Source: an uncultured Bacilli bacterium
GTDB taxonomy: Bacteria; Bacillota_I; Bacilli_A; RF39; UBA660
NCBI GenBank assembly: GCA_947626095.1
Contig: CANQQV010000005.1
Location: 1 to 64,000, forward strand
Direction of reading: 5' to 3'
Length of the DNA: 64,000 nucleotides
Shown: positions 19,423 through 28,480 of the stretch, piece after piece
Layout: each line of letters starts with the position of its first letter
Numbering within the stretch: position 1 is the stretch's first letter
The notes under the pieces: generated by a model
The model's database searches: none
Seen by the model: the letters and a program-made list of their open reading frames with translations, nothing else
Told to the model about the DNA's origin: nothing
Position numbers and translations under genes: made by a program

Positions 19423-20518
19423 TTAGTTCATTTTTAGAATAGATTCGATAAATGGTTTAATATCGCCATCTAAAACTTTATCGGCTTCAGCGGTTTCATA
19501 ACCAGAACGAGTATCTTTAACCATTTTATATGGTTCTAAGACATAACTTCTTATTTGACTACCGAAATCAATTCCTGTACTTATACCTTTTAATTTAGCT
19601 AGTTCTTGTTCCTTTTTCTCTTGTTCTAAATTAAATAATTTACTTTTTAAGACTTTCATAGCTTGTTCTTTATTTTGTAGTTGACTACGTTCATTTTGAC
19701 AAGTTACAACTATTTTACTAGGAAAGTGTGTAATTCTAACAGCTGATGGCGTGGTATTAACACCTTGACCACCATGTCCACTAGCACAATAAGTATCGAT
19801 TCTGATATCTTCTTCTTTGATTTCAATATTAATACTTTGATCTATTTCAGGTATAACGGAAACAGAAGCAAAGGAAGTATGACGGCGTTTATTAGAATCA
19901 AATGGGGATATTCTAACTAAACGATGAACGCCTTTTTCACATTTAAAATAGCCATATGCATAATTACCAGTAATATGTAAAGTGACTGATTTAAGGCCTG
20001 CTTCTTCACCAGCTTGTTCTTCCATTACTTCGTATTTAAAATCATTTTTATCACAGAATCTTTCATACATACGAAGAAGCATACTCGCCCAATCACAAGA
20101 CTCGGTACCACCAGCACCAGGATGAATTTCTAAGTAACAAGCAAAATTATCATATTCGCCGTTTAATAAAGTGTTTATTTCTAATTCGTTTATTTCATTA
20201 ATTAAGGTTGGTAAACTGGCTTCTATTTCATTTTTTAATTCTTCACTATAATCTAATTCTAGTAAATCAATTATTTCTTCATTATCTTTTATTTTTTGAC
20301 TAAGATCTTTGTATGAACTAATTTCTTTTTTTAATAAGGATAGTTCTTGGTTAGTTTGATTAGCCGTATCAATATCATCCCAGAAATTAGGTTCATTCAT
20401 TTTACTTTCTAAAGAGGCAATTTGACTTTCTTTAGTAGTAATGTCAAAGTGACCTCCCAATAGTTTCTAATCTTGCACTTTGTTTATTTAATTCATTTTT
20501 TATTTCTTTTAATTCCAT
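19423..20518 (-). CDS. prfB: Peptide chain release factor 2 with programmed +1 frameshift
   Basis: ORF1 from ATG 20518 (MELKEIKNELNKQSARLETIGRSL) ends at GGGAGG-TCA-CTT-TGA-C (CTTTGAC at 20443-20449); the +1 frame has SPF and GGQ. Confidence 0.96.
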
Positions 20519-20556
20519 TTATATCACCTTTTTTATTATATCATAAAGAAATTAAG

Positions 20557-20579
20557 AAAAAAGTGACATAAGTCACTTA
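20557..20579 (-). terminator. Intrinsic terminator after the purZ-like gene
   Basis: AAGTGAC-TTAT-GTCACTT hairpin running into a T-tract on the minus strand. Confidence 0.65.
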
Positions 20580-20581
20580 TA

Positions 20582-21955
20582 TTATTTTGCAATTGGTTTT
20601 ACCAATTCTTTCTTTAAGATACGATCATTGTTTTTAGAGCCAGTTCCTAAAGCTAATATTTCTGCACCGGTTTCATTTTCAAGCCAAGACAAATATTCTC
20701 TTTGATAGCGATCAAAATACATTTTATTAAAGTCACCAACTGTTGCAAAGAAATCATAATCTAGATGCTGAAAGAAATTTAGGTATAAACCATATGGTGA
20801 ATTAATACGACAGTTGTTTTTAAGTTTTTGAATATCTAAATCAAAGATACGGCGTTCCATCTTAGTAACAGAAGTTTGTTCTGATTGATCAATAATTGTA
20901 TTAGGTGGAAAATCACTATCAACCATAGGTAATTCAATAATAGCGCTTTCATAAATGTCTTCCCCTTTAGATTTATGATATAGTCTTTCTAATTCTAAAG
21001 CTTCTAGTAATGTTATGGTAGTTAAATCTTTTTGACGAAAGTTAGGACCAAATAGTTGTTTTAAATACATAGATGGACATTTAGTAAGTAATTTTTTGAT
21101 GTAAGTATAATTAATATGATGATTGAAACACTCAACATCGCCTTCACACGGATACTGACCAAACATGGAAGATAAATTTACTTGCATCCAAGTTAGTTTA
21201 GCACCTGTACCATAATCACCAGTATAATGATATTCGCCACTAGGAGTAACATTATTGATACGAATAGGAAATGGTCTTATAACCATAATTGTTTCTAAAA
21301 GACGTTCAGCAGAAATGCCACTATCGGCTAGTAATTGAGTTGTTGAAACATTACGACTTGTAACATATGGATAGTTACCACTATGATTTAAGTCTAAATC
21401 ACATCCTTGAGCTCCCTCTAATAAGACATATTCATTAGGATTATCAAGATGACTATATAAACGATCTAACCACTCATCATTAGAACAAACAACTAGATCT
21501 TCATAGGATTTAAAAAATTGGAGGTTTTCGTCACGAATGATTTTGGCCATTGAGACAGCACCACAGCCTTTATTAGTAGAACCAGATTTAATATGAGTTT
21601 TTTCGTAGTCTTTATGAGATTGTTCAATAAGAGGTACTAGTTCATGAACATATATTTTACGACCATTTAGAAAATGGCGAACATTTTGGTATTCTTCTTT
21701 TATGACAGCCATATCAATAGCTGAGCCGGGGCCAATAAATAATTCAGTATGAGGATTAACACAAGAAACAGGAATATTTCTAAATAAAGTACGATGGCCT
21801 TGTTCATCAACAAAAGTATGACCAGCATTAGGCATACAGTTAGTAATAGCAGCACCAAGGTTTATATTTTTGTCAGTAGCTATTTCACCAACAACTTTTG
21901 CTTTACCACAACTACCGGCAGCTCCATCAATAACAGAAATGACATTCTTTAACAT
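20582..21955 (-). CDS. purZ: Adenylosuccinate-synthetase superfamily protein of the PurZ (2-aminoadenylosuccinate synthase) type
   Basis: GSCGKAK (Ser in place of the PurA catalytic Asp of GDEGKG), MPNAGHT, EGAQG, YPYVTSR, FPIRI, TSVTKMERRIF, LNFFQH; these resemble phage PurZ rather than PurA motifs. Start 21955 (ATG) or 21964. Confidence 0.8.
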   Translation of the reverse strand: MLKNVISVIDGAAGSCGKAKVVGEIATDKNINLGAAITNCMPNAGHTFVDEQGHRTLFRNIPVSCVNPHTELFIGPGSAIDMAVIKEEYQNVRHFLNGRKIYVHELVPLIEQSHKDYEKTHIKSGSTNKGCGAVSMAKIIRDENLQFFKSYEDLVVCSNDEWLDRLYSHLDNPNEYVLLEGAQGCDLDLNHSGNYPYVTSRNVSTTQLLADSGISAERLLETIMVIRPFPIRINNVTPSGEYHYTGDYGTGAKLTWMQVNLSSMFGQYPCEGDVECFNHHINYTYIKKLLTKCPSMYLKQLFGPNFRQKDLTTITLLEALELERLYHKSKGEDIYESAIIELPMVDSDFPPNTIIDQSEQTSVTKMERRIFDLDIQKLKNNCRINSPYGLYLNFFQHLDYDFFATVGDFNKMYFDRYQREYLSWLENETGAEILALGTGSKNNDRILKKELVKPIAK

Positions 21956-21987
21956 AAAAACCACTACTTTCTTAAGTAATGGTTTTT
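21956..21987 (-). terminator. Hairpin/terminator after the Ig-repeat gene, overlapping the purZ-like translation initiation region
   Basis: Minus strand AAAAACCATTACTT-AAGA-AAGTAGTGGTTTTT immediately followed by the ATG. Confidence 0.6.
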
Positions 21988-22035
21988 ATTTTAATACATT
22001 TTTAAATGTAAGTATAGACTTATTAACCTTATTAT

Positions 22036-25000
22036 TTATATTTTAAATATTTTTTCCTTATATACTTTTCTAATAATTGAAATAAGTGGTAACATAAACA
22101 TTAATATTATAATAAATCTAGCAAAATAACCAGTGATTGGATTTTGGGGTTTATCTTCTTCAGGAGGTTGAGTTTCTGAGTCATCTGGTTGTGGACCATT
22201 TAATGATTCAATAATAGTGATTTCCGTACTATCACTAATATCTGTTCCTTCGATTTCAACTGTTATAGTAACTGTTCCTAAATCATGAGCAATAATATTT
22301 CCTTTTGAATCTATAGTTGCGATTTTATCGTTATTACTTGACCATTTGATATTGGTTATTTCAAGATTTTCAGGATATACTTTATAAGTAAGTGTTAGGT
22401 TTTCATCTAATCTTAAAACATCTTGAGTTTTAACAATTTCAATTCTATCAGGAGTTTCTGAAACGGTTAATTGAACAGACGAACTAATATTATCTTCTTC
22501 GATGGTTCCGGTTATTTTTGTAGTTCCAACACTCAAAGCTGTAACAATTCCTTCTTCATTAATGATAGCGACTTGTTCATCACTACTCTGCCATTTTATA
22601 TCTTTATTGGTTACATCACTTGGCTCCATAATAAAGGTCATTTTTTGTTTGGCTCGTTTTGGTAAATTATATGTACCTGTTATTGTAAATTTATTAACAG
22701 CTTTTCTTACATAAACAAGACATTCACTCTTACTTTTATTATCTTTTGATATTGCTTTTATAATAGTTGTACCATTGTTTTTAGCTAAAATATTTCCTTC
22801 ATTATCAACTGTTGCGACTTCTTCATCACTTGAAGACCAATTGATATCTTCAAGAGTATACCCAGTTAATGTATAATCGACCTTTTGGCTTTCACCAGCT
22901 TTGATTTGGTAATTTGTTTTATTGAAGGTTATTTTTTTTGTTTCATCGTTTGTTGGTTTATTTAAGACAGATACAATAACGTTTTCTTCGATATTATTAT
23001 GTGATGTTAATTTTATTGTTGTATTACCTGGGGCGACAGCAGTAATTTGTCCTTGTTCATTTACAGTAGCGATTCTTGGTGTAGAACTTGTAAAATTGAT
23101 TACTTTATTACTAGCCGTTGTTGGTAATACTTGATATTCAATATTAGCTTGATCACCGACATATAAGACATAGTTTTTCTTTGGGATGGCTATTTTAGTA
23201 ACTTGAGTTGTAACATTTACTTTCACACTAGCTGTAACGCTTCCATCACTAGTTGATGCAGTAATTGTGGTTGTTCCATTTTGTAAAGCTCTAACTATGC
23301 CAGTGTTACTAACCGTAGCTATGTTACCATCTTGACTATGCCAAATTACATTTTTGTCAGTAGCAGTAGTTGGAGTGATTTGAACTTTTAATGTTTGAAA
23401 GTCATTAACGTTCATATTTAGTTCAGATGGGACAATTGATAATGATTTAACTTTTGTTATGACTCTTACTACACAAGTTGCTGATAAATTACCATTTTCT
23501 GTTGTTGCAGTTATAATGGCTGTACCATTATTTATGCCAGTTACTTTTCCGGTTTGATCTACTGTGGCAATTGTTGCATTATTAGTACTCCATCTAATGT
23601 TTTTATTAGTTATATTGGCTGGGGTAATTGTTGCTATTAAATTGAAAGTATTAGTTCTTTCCAAAGTATAATCAGTATAATTAAGTTTTATGCTTGTAGC
23701 ATTGTCGGTGACGTTAACTACACAATTAGCAGTCTTATTATTTGATGTACTAGCTGTAATTGTGGTTGTTCCTTTACTAAGAGCTGTTATTTTACCTGTA
23801 CTATCTACCATAGCAACACCCTGATTTGAACTAGTCCAATTAACTGTTTGGTTACTTGCTGTTGAAGGTAGGACATTAGCGGTTAAATTATAAACGTCTT
23901 CGACATTTAAAGTTAGTTGATTTTGACTTAGAGTAATACCAGTTGGTTCAGTTGTAACTGTTACAGTACACTGAGCTTCTTTACCATTAGATGATGTAGC
24001 TTTGATAACAGCAACTCCATTAGATATAGCACTAACTACTCCGTTATTATTAACAGAAGCTACTCCCGCATTTGTAGATGACCATGTAATTGTTTTATCA
24101 AGAGCTGTAGTTGGACTAACAGTGGCAACTAAAGTAAACTGACTTCCAGCATTCATATTTAAAGATGTTTGATTTAAAGTTACTGAGTTGACTATTTTGG
24201 CATATTCGGCTGCTGGTGTTTCTATATCAACTACTACATTTGTACAATTATTGTAGTAATCGCAGACTTGAACTGTAGGATTCTTAGTTGTTGGGGAGAA
24301 TGTTTTAGTTACAGTAGTTGTATTAGATTGAGTCCAACCATCTGGAGCTTTAATTTCATCTTTAGATGATAATGTAATTTTAATATTATTACCACTTAAT
24401 TCTGGTTTTTGAGTTATTTTTGGTTTAAATGTCGCTTCGGATGTAGTATAGAATTTATAACCATAAGTGTTATCTGTTTTTCTTGTGGCATAACCAAGGT
24501 ATAATTTATTGCCTTTAAAACTTAGTGATTCAATTTCACCAATTTGGTCACTTATATGAAAGACTTTAACAACTTTACCAAAATTAACGTTAGGTGTTCC
24601 ATTTTGATTTAATTTGGCATTATATACAATTACGTCTGATGTGGCATGAGGTTCATAACAATACATTGAGTATTTGTGATATCCTGCATTTCCTGGAGTA
24701 CACGAATTCGTTGATTGATAAACAATTGTATATAAATATCCATTATGATATTCAATACCACCAGTAACACCTAAGGCAATTGAATCGATAGAATATAATC
24801 TTTGTTGAAAATCTTTGGAAACAATATAATATCTTCTGGCATAACTTCCTATATATTTATCATGGAATTTATCGTATGTTATTCCAGTGTAAGCGATAGG
24901 AGTTTTAATAACTGAACTGTAACTTAAATCCGAGTCATTATTATATAGTGAAACATAGTTGTATTTATATGGACCAACTACTAAAATCTTCTTTAGTTTT

Positions 25001-26106
25001 GTATCATATGTTAAATCGTTACCATGGCCACCAACTATTTTTCGATAATTTAAACCTTTATTGCCATTAGTTACTATACCGGCAGTAACTTGTTCAGTTG
25101 AATAAGTACCTGATTTATTTAGGTTATAACTTAATAATAAACCTTGGGCTTTTTCATTTTTGTTGGAATAAAATATTAAATTATCACCAGCCCAAGTAAC
25201 TCCTTGAAGTTGAGTATATTTACCTTTTTCTTTGTTCTTATCATCTTTTAAAGCTTGACTTAATTCTTTAACTGGAGCAGTATCAATCATACCGTTTAAG
25301 ATAGATTCATTAGAATAAGTATATTCTTTATCAACATAGCCAAAATTAGCATAATTGGTTAACTTTATATTGGTTTTACTGGCTTGCTTGCTACTAAATA
25401 TTTTCTTATTCAAAGTTATAACTGGTCTAATTCCTCTAGAGCCGGTTTTTTTCGCATAATTAATATTACCAGTATAAGTAACGCATAAGGCGTAATTACT
25501 ATCGTCAGTAGCAGAATTATTCGTCCAATATCCTGGAGGACTAGCTTTTTCTTTACCATTTAAATATTGTTTATTATTTAAAAAATAGAATGAGTTAATA
25601 TAAGTAAATGATACTTTTACATCTGGGGAAATAGCTGAATAACCATCAGTTTTTTTGGCAGGTGATTTACTAGTATCAATTTTTAATATGTTATATATTT
25701 GTTTTTTAGTTATAATAGATGGAGTTAATTTTTGACCTTTTTCATCAACCCAATTTAATTTATTTAATTCGGTTTTTCTATCTGTCCAAGAAGCAAAACC
25801 AATATCGTGGTCCAACATAACTTTAACTTGAGAATTGCTTGTATCACTATCCTCTATGACAAAGAAACGGTAGCAATTGACATTATTATAAGGTGTCCAG
25901 TAATTACTACAAGTAGTACCTTTAATAGGGTTATAATATACATATTCGCCGATTCTATAAACTGGATATGTTTCAGAAGACAAAAAATCTTTGATTCTTG
26001 TAATTACAACAGATATTTGATTTCTAAATATAAAAGAAAATATTATAGCAATCATTACAATTAACAGCATTGTAAGGGAAAGAAATGTTCTTTTTTTACT
26101 TCTCAT
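22036..26106 (-). CDS. Large surface protein: signal/TM, N-terminal domain ending RGIRPVITL, propeller-like region, about eight Big_2 Ig repeats, NPITG sortase-like motif and TM
   Basis: Repeats of WxSSxxxVAxVxxxGxVxAxxxGxxxIxA; C-terminal PQNPITG, hydrophobic stretch and basic tail. Confidence 0.85.
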   Translation of the reverse strand: MRSKKRTFLSLTMLLIVMIAIIFSFIFRNQISVVITRIKDFLSSETYPVYRIGEYVYYNPIKGTTCSNYWTPYNNVNCYRFFVIEDSDTSNSQVKVMLDHDIGFASWTDRKTELNKLNWVDEKGQKLTPSIITKKQIYNILKIDTSKSPAKKTDGYSAISPDVKVSFTYINSFYFLNNKQYLNGKEKASPPGYWTNNSATDDSNYALCVTYTGNINYAKKTGSRGIRPVITLNKKIFSSKQASKTNIKLTNYANFGYVDKEYTYSNESILNGMIDTAPVKELSQALKDDKNKEKGKYTQLQGVTWAGDNLIFYSNKNEKAQGLLLSYNLNKSGTYSTEQVTAGIVTNGNKGLNYRKIVGGHGNDLTYDTKLKKILVVGPYKYNYVSLYNNDSDLSYSSVIKTPIAYTGITYDKFHDKYIGSYARRYYIVSKDFQQRLYSIDSIALGVTGGIEYHNGYLYTIVYQSTNSCTPGNAGYHKYSMYCYEPHATSDVIVYNAKLNQNGTPNVNFGKVVKVFHISDQIGEIESLSFKGNKLYLGYATRKTDNTYGYKFYTTSEATFKPKITQKPELSGNNIKITLSSKDEIKAPDGWTQSNTTTVTKTFSPTTKNPTVQVCDYYNNCTNVVVDIETPAAEYAKIVNSVTLNQTSLNMNAGSQFTLVATVSPTTALDKTITWSSTNAGVASVNNNGVVSAISNGVAVIKATSSNGKEAQCTVTVTTEPTGITLSQNQLTLNVEDVYNLTANVLPSTASNQTVNWTSSNQGVAMVDSTGKITALSKGTTTITASTSNNKTANCVVNVTDNATSIKLNYTDYTLERTNTFNLIATITPANITNKNIRWSTNNATIATVDQTGKVTGINNGTAIITATTENGNLSATCVVRVITKVKSLSIVPSELNMNVNDFQTLKVQITPTTATDKNVIWHSQDGNIATVSNTGIVRALQNGTTTITASTSDGSVTASVKVNVTTQVTKIAIPKKNYVLYVGDQANIEYQVLPTTASNKVINFTSSTPRIATVNEQGQITAVAPGNTTIKLTSHNNIEENVIVSVLNKPTNDETKKITFNKTNYQIKAGESQKVDYTLTGYTLEDINWSSSDEEVATVDNEGNILAKNNGTTIIKAISKDNKSKSECLVYVRKAVNKFTITGTYNLPKRAKQKMTFIMEPSDVTNKDIKWQSSDEQVAIINEEGIVTALSVGTTKITGTIEEDNISSSVQLTVSETPDRIEIVKTQDVLRLDENLTLTYKVYPENLEITNIKWSSNNDKIATIDSKGNIIAHDLGTVTITVEIEGTDISDSTEITIIESLNGPQPDDSETQPPEEDKPQNPITGYFARFIIILMFMLPLISIIRKVYKEKIFKI

Positions 26107-26268
26107 AACTCACACCTCTATTCTTTATAATTATACAATAAAATCATATAGCCAAATCATTATTTATATTTTATTTTACGTGCTTTAATAAAATTTATCG
26201 ATATATTATAAATTCTTAAATGAGCTATGAATAATGAATTTTGAACATTTAATTAAGTTATTAAAATT

Positions 26269-27291
26269 CTATTTAGTAAAATGACCGTAACGTGATAAAG
26301 GTTCATATTTAATTTTCTTTAAATTTAATTTTTTAATAATATTTTGTGGTTCACATAATTCATACCAACTAGATGGTACTTCATAATCACCTGAGTTAGT
26401 TTTAGCATAGATAGCTAATGGGTTTTTTAGACCAATAGCATAAGATATCTGAATTTCACACCAATTATATTTTGAATTGGTTTTAACTACTTGTTTAGCT
26501 AGTTCTCTGGCCATATAGGCACCTGATCTATCAACTTTGGTTGGATCTTTACCAGAAAAAGCACCACCACCGACTGAAGCAAATGACTGGTAAGTATCAA
26601 CAACAATTTTACGGCCAGTTAAACCGGTATCGCCTTCAAAACCACCAATTAAAAAACGACCTGTTGGATTAATAATAAATTCTTCGATTTCAACATTGTA
26701 TTTTTGGCATATTTTTAAACATAAATCCTTTATTATTTGATCAGTTTCTGCACGATTTTCTTCAGTATTTTGATAGCAGATAGTAAATGTTTTTATTTTT
26801 TGTAATTTGTTATTTTCATAAAGGCCGGTTATTTCAGCCTTACCATCAGATTTAAAACGAGAATCTTTAATTCTTAATCTATCGTATTCCTGACTTAGTT
26901 CCTGTAAGATAACCATGGCAGTTGGGAGATATTTATCTGTATCTTGACAAGCGTAACCAAACATCATGCCGTTGTCACCGGCACCTCCTACTACGTTGTT
27001 TGTTCCAAGAGCTATATCTGGGCTTTGTAATCCTAAGTTATTAATTATTTCATAATTGGTATTATATCCAACATCTTTTAAAACTCTTTTGACTACTTTT
27101 TCGATATTTATTTGGGCTTTACTAGTTACTTCACCACTAATAAATATCTTGCTTTTTCCGCCCATTACTTCAATACCACATCGGCTATCAGTATCTCCTT
27201 TAAGATAAGCATCTAATAGGGCATCGCTAATTTGGTCACATACTTTATCTGGGTGACCTCTAAAGACTATTTCATTGGTGAATAATTTCAT
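26269..27291 (-). CDS. metK: S-adenosylmethionine synthetase
   Basis: GHPDKVCDQISD, GAGDNG, GLTGRKIVVDTY, GGGAFSGKDPTKVDRS. Confidence 0.96.
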   Translation of the reverse strand: MKLFTNEIVFRGHPDKVCDQISDALLDAYLKGDTDSRCGIEVMGGKSKIFISGEVTSKAQINIEKVVKRVLKDVGYNTNYEIINNLGLQSPDIALGTNNVVGGAGDNGMMFGYACQDTDKYLPTAMVILQELSQEYDRLRIKDSRFKSDGKAEITGLYENNKLQKIKTFTICYQNTEENRAETDQIIKDLCLKICQKYNVEIEEFIINPTGRFLIGGFEGDTGLTGRKIVVDTYQSFASVGGGAFSGKDPTKVDRSGAYMARELAKQVVKTNSKYNWCEIQISYAIGLKNPLAIYAKTNSGDYEVPSSWYELCEPQNIIKKLNLKKIKYEPLSRYGHFTK

Positions 27292-27325
27292 TTTATAAAT
27301 TCCTTCTTTCTATCTTGAAATCCAT

Positions 27326-27455
27326 AAAAAAGATGTTCAAGATAACCTTGAACATCACATAGTTTAAAGTTATCTTATCGATCTAGCTTTACCACCTAAT
27401 CTAATAGGTTGGTGTGATTTCATAGGGCTAGTCCCTCCATCACTCTTTATAAGAT
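27326..27455 (-). promoter_or_regulatory. SAM-I (S-box) riboswitch lacking P4, with terminator expression platform
   Basis: ATCTTAT-AAAGAG-TGATGGAGGGACTAGCCCTATGAAATCA-CACCAACCTA...TAGGTGGT-AAAGCTAG-ATC-GATAAGAT (27372-27455); terminator GATGTTCAAG...CTTGAACATC-TTTTTT (27326-27356); upstream of metK. Confidence 0.9.
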
Positions 27456-27602
27456 TTCTAGTTAAATTATACTACGATTGATTATTAATAACAAGATATA
27501 GTAAATAAACACACTGTTGATTTGTTATATAAATTATATGTACATTATTTTCTTTAAAAATTTATTCATCATGATATAATTTTAATGAAAGTAGGTTTTA
27601 AA

Positions 27603-28415
27603 ATGAGAGAAAAAACCAAAAATTTAAAAAAGGAAAAGATAGATACTAAAATTGATAATATTCAAGTTTTACGTCCTCTTAATGATAGTAATTCTTTAAC
27701 TTCAATCATTTTAGGTATTATAACAATTATTATTGCTTTATTTTTAGGAATTATTGCTTTACCTTTAGGAATTGTTGGCATTATTTTAGGAATTATAAGT
27801 AAGGCGAAAAATAAAATAGTCGCAATTATCTTAAATATTATTGGTATGAGTATAGCTGTTTTTACAACTATATTATTGGGAACATTACTTTTTAGTTTCT
27901 TCGAAAATGTTAAAAATGATTTTACTAATATTGATTTTGATAATTCCTTATATAATACAGACAACTTTGCTTTACCACTTAATAAATCGTGGTCAAAAGT
28001 TAAAGTTGAACCAAATGATATAGAAAGTCTTATGTATAAAGACAATGAATTGTATTTAATACCAGTCGGTGTTGAAAGTCTTGAAGATGTTGAAAACAAA
28101 TTAGCATGTAACTATGAAAATGTTGATTGTCAAAAAAAATTATATGATAATTTCTATAATTACTGGAACAATAATGAAGATATAAATCAGTTACTTGATG
28201 GAGAAGAAAAATTTAATAAATTAAAATATGATGCAGATTACATAACAATTAATTATGGAGAGACACCTGATACGGTCAATGGTAAATTATATTTAATTGT
28301 ATCTGACTTTAATAATATGGTTATTTGTTTTATTTCTAAAAGCGATCATTATGATAATAGTTATGATTATGTAGTTATAGACTTATTAAAAAATATATTA
28401 ATAACTAAGAATTAG
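27603..28415 (+). CDS. DUF4190-like membrane-anchored protein
   Basis: SLTSIILGII...PLGIVGIILGII...VAIILNIIG TM hairpin followed by an extracytoplasmic domain. Confidence 0.6.
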   Translation: MREKTKNLKKEKIDTKIDNIQVLRPLNDSNSLTSIILGIITIIIALFLGIIALPLGIVGIILGIISKAKNKIVAIILNIIGMSIAVFTTILLGTLLFSFFENVKNDFTNIDFDNSLYNTDNFALPLNKSWSKVKVEPNDIESLMYKDNELYLIPVGVESLEDVENKLACNYENVDCQKKLYDNFYNYWNNNEDINQLLDGEEKFNKLKYDADYITINYGETPDTVNGKLYLIVSDFNNMVICFISKSDHYDNSYDYVVIDLLKNILITKN

Positions 28416-28438
28416 TAAAAATGATAGTAATTCGTAAT

Positions 28439-28480
28439 AAAAAAATATAGAGTTGATTTTGAACTCTATATTTTATTTTT
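28439..28480. terminator. Bidirectional terminator
   Basis: AATATAGAGTT...AACTCTATATT inverted repeat between convergent genes. Confidence 0.75.

Noticed and set aside
20582-21964. Ordinary purA, or a prophage
   Set aside because: The catalytic Asp and GTP-specificity motifs of PurA are replaced by PurZ-type residues; no integrase, structural genes or att-like repeats are visible nearby.
22200-24200. Repeats in the surface protein as a DNA repeat array or CRISPR
   Set aside because: They are diverged protein-level Ig repeats; no identical direct repeats with spacers, and I saw no CRISPR array, IS, tRNA or rRNA in the window.
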